NCBI GenBank assembly: GCA_040386775.1
Contig: JAZKEU010000011.1
Span: 109,374 to 173,373 of the forward strand
DNA length: 64,000 nucleotides
Origin: Bdellovibrionota bacterium
Lineage (GTDB): Bacteria > Bdellovibrionota > Bdellovibrionia > Bdellovibrionales > JAEYZS01
Direction: 5' to 3'
Shown: positions 48,046 to 58,176 of the stretch, piece by piece
Layout: each line of letters starts with the position of its first letter
How positions within the stretch are numbered: the stretch's first letter is position 1
Made by a program: the position numbers and the translations under genes
Notes under the pieces: model-generated
What the model saw: the letters and a program-made list of their open reading frames with translations, nothing else
Databases searched by the model: none
What the model was told of the DNA's origin: nothing

Positions 48046-48121
48046 AAAGGTGAGCCGCACCTTTTGTAAAGTTTTGCGTCATTCTAACGCAAAAATTTAT
48101 AAAAGGTGCGGCTCACCTTTT
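48046..48121. terminator. Nested hairpin cluster between the tail-specific protease gene and E1 alpha
   Basis: The sequence at 48046-48065 (AAAGGTGAGCCGCACCTTTT) is the exact reverse complement of 48102-48121. Each arm is itself an 8-bp hairpin (AAAAGGTG/CACCTTTT). A third hairpin, TTTTGCGT-CATTCTA-ACGCAAAA, lies between them. Confidence 0.6.
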
Positions 48122-48138
48122 TTCGGCTCACTATTTTT

Positions 48139-50310
48139 TCAATTGGTGTTGGCTTCTTGGCTGCCTTTTTTCTGAGCAACAACGCCTTGAGGACCTACTA
48201 GTTGCAGATAGTCTGTCACGATACTTACTGATTCTGTAATGTCTGGGCGTTTTAAATATTCTTCAAGACGCTTTTTTGCATCAGCTTTCTTAGATTTTTT
48301 CTCTTTTTCTTCAGCTTTCTTTTCTTTGTCATTTAGGATTTCTGACAGAGTTACAAGCTTACCTTTCTTCTGAAGCTTTGCTAATTCTTCTGAGATTTTT
48401 TTGAACTCAGCATTCTTACCAACACGTTCTTCAGATTTTTTCTTCAACTCAGTAACAACTTTAGCATCCACTTTTGCCCAAGCACCTTCGCCTTTTTCAA
48501 CGTAAGCGTCTTCAGAAGTGAATTGCGGAATTGCTTTTGGAGAAAGTGAATAATCTAAACTCTTCTCACCAATTTCATCTAAAGCGAAAGCACTTGGTAA
48601 AGTGATATCGCCATCCACACCACCATGCTGCGTAGATTTACCACCTGGAACGAAGAACATTCCAACTGTTACTTTATAAGCGCCTAAGTTTTTAGGAAGC
48701 GGAAGAACCGTTTGCACTGAACCTTTACCGAAAGTGTGATCGCCACCAACTATAACCGCTCTACCGTAATCTTTTAGTGCTCCAGCTAAAATCTCAGAAG
48801 CCGAAGCGCTCAATCTGCTAGTTAAAACCACAAGCGGACCGGAGTAATTCACTTCAGGATCTTGATCTGCGAGAACTTCAATTGTCGAAGATTTAGCGCC
48901 TTGAGTTTTTACGATGTTACCAGTCTTAATAAATAAACCGGTTAACTTCACTGCGTCCTCTAAAGATCCGCCGCCATTTTGAGAAAGGTCAAGAACAAGT
49001 CCGTCGATCTTTTCTTTTTGAGCTTCTTTTAAAAGTCTCTTCATATCTCTGTAGCAAGACCTGCCATTTGCATTCTTAGAATCATAGTAGAACGATGGAA
49101 GATTCAAGATACCAATTTTATATTTCTTTCCATTCACTTCTTTTGTTTGGTAAGAGATTTGAGCAGCTTCGTCTTCAAGATTGATTTTTGATCTTGTAAG
49201 AGTCACTTTCATGCTCTTCATTCCATCAGCTGTTTTTCTTAACACTGAAAGCGTAACCGTTGTTCCTTTTTTACCACGAATAAGTTTAACAACGTCTTTG
49301 AGTGGCATATCAACAACAGGCTCCATCTTCTCGCCTTTACCTTGGCCAACCGCAATGATTTTGTCTTGGCTTTCAAGTTCGGCTGAAGCAGCTGCTGCAC
49401 CACCAGGGATCAATTGCTCGATCACGGTATATCCATCTTGCGATGAAAGTGTCGCGCCAATACCTTCTAAAGAAAGATTCATATGGATATTGAAATCCTC
49501 TAAATCATCCGCAGACAAGTAGCTAGAGTGTGGATCCATAGATCTTGCAAAAGAATCTAAAAGCGAAGCATATGTATCTGCATCCGCTTGCTCTCTTAAT
49601 TTCTTAGAAGTTCTATCGTATCTTCTTTCGACCCAACCCTTTGCCTCATCTTCTTTCATGTCTGTAGAAACAAAATTTGCAACTTGGAATTGAATGTATC
49701 TTTTTTGAAAGTCTTCCAATTCAGTTTTATTTTTTGGATATTCTCTTTTTTGAGCATCCATTTGAAGAGTCATCTTATGATCCAATTTAAATTCTTTTCC
49801 TAAATATTTTTTCGCGAAGTCACTGCTCTCTGCCACTCTTTGCGTGTAGAGAATTTGAACTTTATCAAGAGGTGAGCAATCTTGCTTTGCAAGCCACTTC
49901 TCCATGCCACCCAAATCTTTTTTCATCTTGTCTACATCACTAGCTAATAAATAACCTTTAAGTGGATCTAATGATTTGATGTATTGATCAATTGTTCTAT
50001 CTTCAACTTCTTTAGTGAATTGATTGTAGAGCATGTGCTGTCTGAGCATCGCACCCATAATCAAGTAGATATATCTGCAAGATAAATCACTCTTAGAAAT
50101 TTTCTTTGTTACGACTTCTGAAGAAACAGGAGTTTTGATTAAGTCCTTCGACTTTTCCATTGATTTTTCTGCTGGATGATTCGGATCCACTTTTTGTGCG
50201 ACATCAGCTTTCCGAGCTTCATTCTGCTTAGCGTTTTGAGCATTTACAATTCCTGTAGTCGAGAGAACACTAACGATGAGAACTATTAACCACAACTTTG
50301 CGAATTTCAT
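48139..50310 (-). CDS. prc: Tail-specific (C-terminal processing) S41 protease
   Basis: Signal peptide, PDZ-like region, RLSASASEILAGALKDY (Ser) and TFGKGSVQT (Lys). Confidence 0.85.
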   Translation of the reverse strand: MKFAKLWLIVLIVSVLSTTGIVNAQNAKQNEARKADVAQKVDPNHPAEKSMEKSKDLIKTPVSSEVVTKKISKSDLSCRYIYLIMGAMLRQHMLYNQFTKEVEDRTIDQYIKSLDPLKGYLLASDVDKMKKDLGGMEKWLAKQDCSPLDKVQILYTQRVAESSDFAKKYLGKEFKLDHKMTLQMDAQKREYPKNKTELEDFQKRYIQFQVANFVSTDMKEDEAKGWVERRYDRTSKKLREQADADTYASLLDSFARSMDPHSSYLSADDLEDFNIHMNLSLEGIGATLSSQDGYTVIEQLIPGGAAAASAELESQDKIIAVGQGKGEKMEPVVDMPLKDVVKLIRGKKGTTVTLSVLRKTADGMKSMKVTLTRSKINLEDEAAQISYQTKEVNGKKYKIGILNLPSFYYDSKNANGRSCYRDMKRLLKEAQKEKIDGLVLDLSQNGGGSLEDAVKLTGLFIKTGNIVKTQGAKSSTIEVLADQDPEVNYSGPLVVLTSRLSASASEILAGALKDYGRAVIVGGDHTFGKGSVQTVLPLPKNLGAYKVTVGMFFVPGGKSTQHGGVDGDITLPSAFALDEIGEKSLDYSLSPKAIPQFTSEDAYVEKGEGAWAKVDAKVVTELKKKSEERVGKNAEFKKISEELAKLQKKGKLVTLSEILNDKEKKAEEKEKKSKKADAKKRLEEYLKRPDITESVSIVTDYLQLVGPQGVVAQKKGSQEANTN

Positions 50311-50528
50311 TTAGACTCCTATTTATATCCTTGGTGTCGGATACCCTTCACACCTAAAGATTACCAGCAAGAATTGCCAGCAGCTTCGATTACCCAATAT
50401 TCATCGGCATACGATTAGATAAGTATATGATTTTGGAGTTAAAAATGTAACTAAAGAACAAAATTTTAATATTTTTTTATCTAAACATCTTGGTCAGAAT
50501 TGAGTATTCAATATAACGCATGTGCGAC

Positions 50529-50555
50529 ACCCAAAAGTGCAGGGCACTTTTGGGT
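50529..50555. other. 12-bp perfect hairpin downstream of gene 50576..51481
   Basis: ACCCAAAAGTGC-AGG-GCACTTTTGGGT. No U-tract follows on either strand, so it is not a canonical intrinsic terminator. Confidence 0.5.
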
Positions 50556-50575
50556 AGGTGGTACTGCGTTATTTT

Positions 50576-51481
50576 CTATCCGGGCTGACTTAGGTCGAGT
50601 TGAAGTTGAGATTGGGTGAGGGTATGTCTCTCTGTGTGATTCAAGAACACTTCTTCTTTTACGTAATCAGATTCATGGGTGTGAATCACAAAGAAAGAAT
50701 TGTCTGGGTATTTATGCTTCAAAATAAGCATCGCTTTGTAAATCAACTCTAAGTTCTTTGGATCATCATCAGACATACCAAATCTATGATGAGGATTTAT
50801 GCCATAGGTCTTCATTGCCATCTCGACAGATTCAATCACCGCTCGCAGTTTTAATTCTGCCGTCGACATCATCTTGCCGCCAGTAAGTTGATTTTGAGTT
50901 TCTGGATGGCTCACTGGATAGAGACTGAGATAATTAGGTTCAAATGGCAAATGACCGTCTCTCACAAAAAGTTTAATTCCTTCTTTGATAGTTTCCGGAG
51001 CATGACCTCTTGCTGTAATCAGCGACATGGGTCTTTGATTAAAAGCTGCATGATAGAAGCACTGCCACGATGGACCTTTCCAATCAAACTCAGGTTTTGC
51101 AATTGCTGTTTGCAAGTCCTCACAGAACGACCGTAAGTTCACAGGCTTATCTTCATCTCTAAATCTTCTGAAGGAACCCAAAGTGTCCGTTGGATCAATG
51201 ATGTAGTCTTTGTAGATACCAGATTTTCCGATTTCAGATAGATGTTTAGCAAAGTCACCCGATGATAATGCAATTTCAGCATTTGTCTTTTTATGGAAAA
51301 CATAAATGGGAGTTCCTAGAAAGAAAACGTTGTCATCGAGATCGAAAAAATAAAAGCTTCGACCACCTTTTTCAAAGTTGCGGTCCGGCTCTTGGGCGCG
51401 TGTGATCCCGAGCTCAAGTTGGCTCTTTCTCTGGGCTTTTTTCTGTGCTTCTCTAAAGTTATAATCGTTTGAATTAGTCAT
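50576..51481 (-). CDS. HAD-superfamily-like hydrolase (divergent)
   Basis: Motif I FFDLDDNVF (DxDxV), motif II SLITARG, and motif IV-like GMSDDDPKN. Confidence 0.45.
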   Translation of the reverse strand: MTNSNDYNFREAQKKAQRKSQLELGITRAQEPDRNFEKGGRSFYFFDLDDNVFFLGTPIYVFHKKTNAEIALSSGDFAKHLSEIGKSGIYKDYIIDPTDTLGSFRRFRDEDKPVNLRSFCEDLQTAIAKPEFDWKGPSWQCFYHAAFNQRPMSLITARGHAPETIKEGIKLFVRDGHLPFEPNYLSLYPVSHPETQNQLTGGKMMSTAELKLRAVIESVEMAMKTYGINPHHRFGMSDDDPKNLELIYKAMLILKHKYPDNSFFVIHTHESDYVKEEVFLNHTERHTLTQSQLQLDLSQPG

Positions 51482-51532
51482 ATGCGTGTTGCGTCATAAT
51501 ACGGAAATCCCTTGGGAATATCAAGGTTTAAA

Positions 51533-51695
51533 TGAATTGAGGAGGGAAATTAAGATGAACGGTCGAAAGCATTTGAGGAGACGGAATTAAACTAAAAGCA
51601 GTTTATACTCTCGCGGCCGAGCATAAATCATTTAAATTACTGAGCTTTATCGGCCTTGAGGTCGACCGTTCATCTTAATTTCCCTCCTCAATTCA
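51533..51695. repeat. 163-bp element bounded by perfect 34-bp inverted repeats (MITE-like or long structured hairpin)
   Basis: The left arm at 51533-51566 (TGAATTGAGGAGGGAAATTAAGATGAACGGTCGA) is the exact reverse complement of 51662-51695. I checked this base by base. The spacer is 95 bp and contains an inner GGCCGA...TCGGCC stem. Confidence 0.9.
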
Positions 51696-51713
51696 CTTTC
51701 GGCTGTTCATTTT

Positions 51714-54452
51714 TCAAACTCTCTTCTGCGTTTTAGTCTTTGAGGTCATCTTCTTTTTAGCGACCACCGGAGCTTTAGAGGCCTTTGCCTTCTTCGAAGC
51801 ACCCTTAGCAATCACCTTTGTTACCTGCAAATCCACCTTATTGATCGGAGATTTTTTACTAGAAATCTTTTTCGCTTTCTTACCTTTGCCAGCTGACTTT
51901 GAGCCGCCTTCAGATTCTCCAAGCAGTTCAATGGCTTTTTCCATCGTAAAGTCTTCTGGTTTTTGTCCCTCAGGAAGCGAAACATTCTTCTTGCCCCACT
52001 TAATGTATGGACCATATTTTCCCGTCATGATTTGCAGCTTATCACCATCATGTTCACCGAGTTCTTTGATTACGGATGAACCTCTACCGCCTCTGCCTTT
52101 TTTCGGTTGCGCTAACATTTCGAGAGCTTTATTTAAATCCACCGCAAAGAAATCTTCTGTCTTAGGAATAGATCTGTAATCACCATCGCAAACGATGTAA
52201 GGACCAAATCTTCCGATACCAAGCTTGATGTCTTTTTGAGACTCCGTATGTTGCCCCAAAGTTTTTGGAAGACTTAAGAACAACAAGGCTTTCTCCATAT
52301 CCACAGTGTCCATTGGGATGTGCGGAGGAATAGAAGTTCTCTTTGGTTTTTTCTCTGGATCTTTATTGTCTTCATTGTCACCAAGTTGTACGTAAGGACC
52401 ATATCTTCCTGTGAGGACATAAATTGGTAATCCAGTTTTAGGATCTTTACCTAGAGAATCTGCCCCATTGATTTTTTGATCAATCAACTCATTTGCAAAT
52501 GCTTCCGTGATTTCAGATGGAGGTCGGCTTTCTGGAAGAGAAGCACACTGTTCTTCTTTTCCATTCTTGCGGCAAACGTATGCTCCATATCTACCAACTC
52601 TAAAGCTCAACATCTCTAGACCTTGAACGTTCATTGAGCGAGCTTCATCGGCATCGATGATCTTTTCTTGTTTTTCAACCATGCTTCTCAAACCTGTTTT
52701 ACCCATGTAAATGGATTTCAGGTAAGTCACCCAGTCTAAATTTCCTTCTGCAATCTCATCGAGATTTTCTTCCATCCCTGCCGTGAACTTTAGGTCCACG
52801 TATTCTGGAAAATAGTTAGAAAGAAGTTTTGAAACAATAAGTGCCGTAAATGTTGGAATTAAAGTGTTACCCTGACGAGACACATAACCGCGATCCACAA
52901 TCGTGCTAATGGTAGAAGCATATGTTGATGGTCTTCCGATACCTTCTTTTTCTAGAACCTGAATCAATCCCGCTTCCGTAAATCTTGATGGCGGCTTTGT
53001 TTCGTGTTCTGTTTTTTTAGAAGAAACGATATCAATCATCTCCCCTGCTTTTAAAACTGGTAATGTTTCTTCTTCTTGATTTTGATCATCCGTCGCTTCT
53101 TCGTAAACTTTTAGGAAGCCTTGAAATTCAATCACCGTCCCAGAAGATGAGAAAATGCTTTTCTCGTGTGAAAGTTTAATTTGAACTTGTCTCTGTTGAG
53201 AATTCGCCATTTGACAAGCGAGCGTTCTTTTCCATATCAAATCGTAAAGCTTGTATGCATCCCCAGATAATCCACTCTCATCGGGATCAACGAACTTGCT
53301 ACCTGAAGGTCTAATTGCTTCATGGGCTTCTTGAGCGCCTTTTACTTTTTTGCCTTTGAAAGTTCTAACTTCTTTGGACAAGAATTTATCGCCATAAAGT
53401 TTTTTAACGCTATCGCGAGCAGCCTTGATTGCTTGCTCCGAAAGATTTACGGAATCAGTTCTCATGTAAGTGATGAAACCTTTTTCATAAAGCTCTTGTG
53501 CTGTTCTCATTGTCTGTCTTGATGGCCAGCCGAATTTTCTCGAAGCATCCTGTTGAAGTGAAGACGTAATGAACGGAGCGTACGGTTCACGGCTGATTGG
53601 TCTTTCATCGACGCTTTCAACTTTTAATTTTTTGCCTTTAAGGCCATCAACGATTTTTTGTGCGGTCTTATCATCCAGGACTAAAATTTGAGATTGTTTG
53701 TCTTTTGGAACTTCGCCCGTTTCTTGATCAAAGTCTTTTCCCGTAGCAATTCTTTTCCCGTCGAATTGTGACAACTTTGAGGTAAAATTTTGTTTCGCTT
53801 TCTCAAGTTCGTTCTCGACTCCACAGTAAAGAGCTTTTTTGAATTTGAATCTTGAAAGTTCTCTTTCCGAAACCAGCCTCAATGCCACCGATTGAACACG
53901 GCCCGCAGACAATCCGTAAGCTACTTTTTTCCAGATGAGTGGGGATAGAGAAAAGCCCACCAAACGATCTAGAATTCTACGCGCCTCTTGAGCACGAACT
54001 AAGTTGTCATCAATCTTTCTGGTGTTCTTAAGTGAAGCTTGAATGGCCTCCTCTGTGATCTCGTGGAACACCATGCGCTTTACGGGAATTTTTGGTTTTA
54101 GCACTTCTAACAAGTGCCAAGAAATACTTTCTCCCTCCCTGTCTTCGTCGGTTGCGAGATAGAGCTCTTGAGCCTGTTCCATTTTGTCTTTGAGTGTACT
54201 TACAATTTTTTTCTTGTCATTGGGAATGCAATAGAGCGGCTCGAATTCATTTTCAACATCGACACCGAGTCTTGCCCATTTTTGTTTTTTATATTTTTCA
54301 GGAACGTCTTTTGCGGTCTTCGGAAGATCTCGAATATGCCCCATACAAGATTCAACAATATAGTCTTTACCCAAAAACTTTTTGATGGTTTTTGCTTTGG
54401 TTGGAGACTCCACAATCACTAATTTTTTTCCGCCAGCTACAACTTTTGCCAT
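51714..54452 (-). CDS. topA: DNA topoisomerase I
   Basis: Toprim N-terminus LVIVESPTKAKTIKKFLG, ITYMRTDS (active-site Tyr), and a C-terminal repeat region with a Lys-rich tail. Confidence 0.95.
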   Translation of the reverse strand: MAKVVAGGKKLVIVESPTKAKTIKKFLGKDYIVESCMGHIRDLPKTAKDVPEKYKKQKWARLGVDVENEFEPLYCIPNDKKKIVSTLKDKMEQAQELYLATDEDREGESISWHLLEVLKPKIPVKRMVFHEITEEAIQASLKNTRKIDDNLVRAQEARRILDRLVGFSLSPLIWKKVAYGLSAGRVQSVALRLVSERELSRFKFKKALYCGVENELEKAKQNFTSKLSQFDGKRIATGKDFDQETGEVPKDKQSQILVLDDKTAQKIVDGLKGKKLKVESVDERPISREPYAPFITSSLQQDASRKFGWPSRQTMRTAQELYEKGFITYMRTDSVNLSEQAIKAARDSVKKLYGDKFLSKEVRTFKGKKVKGAQEAHEAIRPSGSKFVDPDESGLSGDAYKLYDLIWKRTLACQMANSQQRQVQIKLSHEKSIFSSSGTVIEFQGFLKVYEEATDDQNQEEETLPVLKAGEMIDIVSSKKTEHETKPPSRFTEAGLIQVLEKEGIGRPSTYASTISTIVDRGYVSRQGNTLIPTFTALIVSKLLSNYFPEYVDLKFTAGMEENLDEIAEGNLDWVTYLKSIYMGKTGLRSMVEKQEKIIDADEARSMNVQGLEMLSFRVGRYGAYVCRKNGKEEQCASLPESRPPSEITEAFANELIDQKINGADSLGKDPKTGLPIYVLTGRYGPYVQLGDNEDNKDPEKKPKRTSIPPHIPMDTVDMEKALLFLSLPKTLGQHTESQKDIKLGIGRFGPYIVCDGDYRSIPKTEDFFAVDLNKALEMLAQPKKGRGGRGSSVIKELGEHDGDKLQIMTGKYGPYIKWGKKNVSLPEGQKPEDFTMEKAIELLGESEGGSKSAGKGKKAKKISSKKSPINKVDLQVTKVIAKGASKKAKASKAPVVAKKKMTSKTKTQKRV

Positions 54453-54565
54453 TTTTCCTCAAGCGCGTTTTCTCTTATATATAAGGGGTCATTGACAATG
54501 ACTTCCCTTTTTAAAAAATGAGGGCCACGGCGTATTTTAGCAAGTAGAAATTTTGTTGGTGCGCA

Positions 54566-55069
54566 TTAAAATCTAGATTCTTCGAATGTTTCTAAGTCTT
54601 TAAGAATGGTCTCGGTCACCCTCTCAAAGCGCCGAGTTATGGGATTTATTTTTTCGCGACGATAAATAATCTTCAAAACTGTATGCCCAGTTGCTGCATC
54701 TTTGTGCATAAACGTTTGCGGAAAACTCATCGAATGCTTCAAATTCACACGAATTAAATTTCCTTCACTGCGATCAAAATTCCAAATTTCAATTTCATTA
54801 TGTTTCGGAATGATCCATGAATGACCTTCCAAACTAAAAAATCCTTTTAGTATTTCGTTTGAATCGTAAGTGTATTCAGTTTCATTTTTTTTATGTACAA
54901 TTCTTAGAGAATGCGAGTCTTCACTTAAGAAAGCTTCGTAATTTCTTGTAGGACTTAAAGTTCCAACCACTACGTCTTCACGAAAGAGACTCGAGCATAC
55001 CGGAGTCATAGCTGCTGCTATCACACTGAGTGAAAGGAAAAATGTTAGAGTCACAAGAAAGATCTTCAT
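54566..55069 (-). CDS. Secreted hypothetical protein
   Basis: Signal peptide MKIFLVTLTFFLSLSVIAAA. No motif recognised. Confidence 0.5.
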   Translation of the reverse strand: MKIFLVTLTFFLSLSVIAAAMTPVCSSLFREDVVVGTLSPTRNYEAFLSEDSHSLRIVHKKNETEYTYDSNEILKGFFSLEGHSWIIPKHNEIEIWNFDRSEGNLIRVNLKHSMSFPQTFMHKDAATGHTVLKIIYRREKINPITRRFERVTETILKDLETFEESRF

Positions 55070-55205
55070 TAAGCCAAGTAATTGCAAACCTTAAGCCTTT
55101 CTCCAAACCTTTTTAAAGGTCACACACTCCAAATAACTCTACTTGGAAGGTCCTAAGCTGAATAATCCTTTTACATCCAGAGCCCTTTTACGTAAACTTA
55201 AACCT

Positions 55206-55985
55206 ATGCAATCACTTGAGCAATTCACTAAATCAGAGACCCAAATTCAGTATGTTTTTTGTGATATTGACGACACCATCACTGAGCACGGAAAACTTCC
55301 CGCAAACTCCTACAAAGCCCTTTGGGATTTAAAAGAAAAAGGCATTCACGTAATTCCGGTCACTGGTCGACCTGCCGGATGGTGCGAGATGATCGCGAGA
55401 TTTTGGCCCGTGAGTGGCGTGATTGGGGAAAATGGTGCGCTTTATTACCGTTATGTGGGCGGAAAAATGAAACGCCACTACATGCTAAAAGAAAAAGACA
55501 TTCAAAAAAATCGAAAAAAATTGGATAAACTTTCCAAAGAAATACTTAAAAAAGTAAAAGGCTCTGCTATTTCCTCTGATCAATTTTGTAGAATTTTTGA
55601 TTTAGCCGTGGATTTTTGTGAAGATGTAAAACCTCTGCCCAAAAAGAAAGTAGATCAAATCGTGGAAATTTTTGAGAAACACAAAGCTCAAGCCAAAGTA
55701 TCTAGTATTCATGTTAACGGATGGTTCGGAAAGTACGACAAACTTTCTATGTGCAAAGTTTTTATGAAAAAAGAATTCAAATTCGATATCTTAAAACAAA
55801 ATAAGCTCTGCGCTTTTATAGGCGATTCTCCAAATGATGAACCGATGTTCCATTTTTTTGTGAATAGCTTTGCTGTCCATAACATTACAAATTTTCTTGA
55901 TAGCCTAAAACATAAACCGGCTTTTGTGACCCCTTCAAATGGGGCAAGTGGATTCGTAGAATTCGCTGAAAAGATCTTGAGCTAG
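55206..55985 (+). CDS. HAD-IIB family hydrolase
   Basis: VFCDIDDTIT (motif I), VIPVTGRPAGW (motif II) and FIGDSPNDEPMF (motif IV). Confidence 0.8.
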   Translation: MQSLEQFTKSETQIQYVFCDIDDTITEHGKLPANSYKALWDLKEKGIHVIPVTGRPAGWCEMIARFWPVSGVIGENGALYYRYVGGKMKRHYMLKEKDIQKNRKKLDKLSKEILKKVKGSAISSDQFCRIFDLAVDFCEDVKPLPKKKVDQIVEIFEKHKAQAKVSSIHVNGWFGKYDKLSMCKVFMKKEFKFDILKQNKLCAFIGDSPNDEPMFHFFVNSFAVHNITNFLDSLKHKPAFVTPSNGASGFVEFAEKILS

Positions 55986-56024
55986 CTTATCTCCAAAAAT
56001 CTTTAACTTCATACATAAGCCTTA

Positions 56025-56906
56025 TTAATAAGTGATTTCCTTTGGTTTTAGCGCGATAAGAACCATTCCTGTTAAAACCAAAACTCCTCCTGCGATTTGA
56101 ACCAAACCCATTCGCTCTCCCAAAAATAAAGATGCGACAATCACACCAAATATAGGTTCTGTCGTGCTTAAGATCGAAGCTTCCGATGAATTTACTTTTT
56201 GAAGTCCCGCAAGGAACAATGTGAGAGGAATTAAAGAACAAACAATTGCCATTCCCACAATCAAACCAAAATTATTTGTAATGACCTCAATGGGACGATC
56301 CAAATTTCTAAAGTTCAGAATACAAAGTGTTAAGCCTGCTCCCAACTGCACATAAAAACTTGAACCCATAAAGCTTACGTTTTCTAAAAATTTTCTAGAT
56401 ACTAAAATATAAATGGAATAGAAAAATGCGGAAGCCAATCCGTAAATTAAAAATACCGCGCCACTCACCGCCCATTCACCCCACACCAAACCTACAAGAC
56501 CAACTGAGGATAAAACCAAGGCAATAAAACCCTTTATACCAATGTGCTCTTTAAAGACCAACCTTGCACCAATAGCCACCATCACAGGATAGGTGTACAA
56601 AAGTAAAACTGTAAGAGATGCCGAGATCCCTTGAAGTGCTAAAAAATAACAACTAGAGAAAACAGCGTAACCTAAAATCCCTAACAGCATTGAGATCAAA
56701 GAGCTTTTCCAAGACATTTTGAAAGCTTTTCTCTGAAAGAGAGCCAAAAAAATTCCAAGTAAAATCGCGGAAGTTAAAAATCTCAAACCGAGGAGCTCTC
56801 CCGGTAAAATATTATTCTGATAAGCAGTTTTTCCAAATAATCCCAGGAAGCCAAAGAATGCTCCAGAAAGAATAATCTGTGTAAAACCGATATGCTTTTG
56901 ACTCAT
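56025..56906 (-). CDS. EamA/DMT-family transporter
   Basis: Ten-TM pattern with duplicated EamA-like halves. Confidence 0.75.
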   Translation of the reverse strand: MSQKHIGFTQIILSGAFFGFLGLFGKTAYQNNILPGELLGLRFLTSAILLGIFLALFQRKAFKMSWKSSLISMLLGILGYAVFSSCYFLALQGISASLTVLLLYTYPVMVAIGARLVFKEHIGIKGFIALVLSSVGLVGLVWGEWAVSGAVFLIYGLASAFFYSIYILVSRKFLENVSFMGSSFYVQLGAGLTLCILNFRNLDRPIEVITNNFGLIVGMAIVCSLIPLTLFLAGLQKVNSSEASILSTTEPIFGVIVASLFLGERMGLVQIAGGVLVLTGMVLIALKPKEITY

Positions 56907-57029
56907 ATCGAATAGGATAAAGCTTTTTTGTGTAGACTCAAACAAATTCCCTGTTTGATATTGACGGAAGTTTAAGCACTATCTTACTTAAGACTTGAAC
57001 CGTAACCGAACTAACCTTTAGGAGTTCAT

Positions 57030-57449
57030 ATGTCGAAATATATTTTAACACTCATCGGAGTATCTTTACTTTCTCTTTCCGCAAATGCTTCGTTAATTGT
57101 AAATTGTAAAACGAAACAAGATAACGTATCTGCGCAACTTCAATTTGAAGGTTCTTCTGTTTACATCCAAGTAGCAAAGAACAAAGCTCTCACTCACACC
57201 ACTCAAGGCATAGCAATCTTTAATCAAAAATGGAATAGCATCACTGCAGACGGAACATCTCAAACTTCAGATGAATTAAAAGGAGTAAAAATCTACTTTG
57301 AATCTTCAAGACACCAAAATATCTCTGCATCCATTCGTCCATACGGATCGACTTCAGAAATATTATACCCAGGAACTGAGGGTATCATCGTAGTCGGTAT
57401 GACTTGTGATCAACCCTACTCTGCCATTTACAGCGAAGTGATAAACTGA
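57030..57449 (+). CDS. Secreted hypothetical protein
   Basis: AGGAG RBS. Signal peptide is MSKYILTLIGVSLLSLSANA. Confidence 0.55.
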   Translation: MSKYILTLIGVSLLSLSANASLIVNCKTKQDNVSAQLQFEGSSVYIQVAKNKALTHTTQGIAIFNQKWNSITADGTSQTSDELKGVKIYFESSRHQNISASIRPYGSTSEILYPGTEGIIVVGMTCDQPYSAIYSEVIN

Positions 57450-57510
57450 TTGTTCCAAAAGAAAAGGCTTTGAAATTCATTCAAAGCCTTTCTAACAAAA
57501 AATCAAAAAA

Positions 57511-57828
57511 TTAACGAAGGCACCAGAATTTCGCGCTTCCTTTGATTGAGCAAGGTGCCTTTGTAGCGCTATTCACTGACCACTTTGATTTTTGATAAAT
57601 ACTACCACCGCAATAGTTGTACGCATAACTTCTAGATGCTTGTTGTGCAGTTTTAAGAGCGTCTTCATAATTTACGTTTTCGCATGAAGCCTCACCCGGA
57701 GCTGAAAAAGTACGACATCCTTCAACACAATTATTATGAGGATTGCAAGAGTTTACAGGACACAGTTCCCCTGCAGATGCCATAGTTGATAAGAAACATG
57801 TAACCAATAATATTTTTAGTATTTTCAT
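57511..57828 (-). CDS. Small secreted cysteine-rich protein
   Basis: Signal peptide and nine Cys residues in the mature 85 aa. Confidence 0.5.
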   Translation of the reverse strand: MKILKILLVTCFLSTMASAGELCPVNSCNPHNNCVEGCRTFSAPGEASCENVNYEDALKTAQQASRSYAYNYCGGSIYQKSKWSVNSATKAPCSIKGSAKFWCLR

Positions 57829-58176
57829 TTAGATTCCCCCTTAATCTGAACAGTAATTCAGCTTTTAATATTCAGTCACTGAAAAATTAATAAAATAGGT
57901 ACCAGATTCCTTTTTGTCCATTTGCGCGTCAAAAAATTCACCTTTCGACGTCGGTCGTATGGAAATAAGCAAGATCATCCCCATAAAATATGGCGTGCTG
58001 TACCTCTTCGATGTACAAAGCAATACCAGGAGTATGTCGGGGTATTTCCTTCTCAAAAACGTGGAACATGTCCAACATTTATACAATTGAGTTATTTTTT
58101 CCATCTTGAAATTTAATCGATTTTTTTATGCTACATTGCTCACTCACTTTTAAATTAACCTACCTTAAGGAGACTT

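Noticed and set aside
51551-51586. Mini-ORF MNGRKHLRRRN in the inverted-repeat element as a real peptide gene
   Set aside because: It is only 11 codons. Its mirror copy on the other strand diverges after 4 codons, so the coding potential is probably a by-product of the repeat. It is kept only as a note in the finding.
57865-58116. ORFs 57865..58104 (-) and 57922..58116 (+) in the 348-bp gap
   Set aside because: They overlap each other and have no RBS, signal peptide or motif. The region is more likely divergent promoter space. A gene remnant cannot be excluded.
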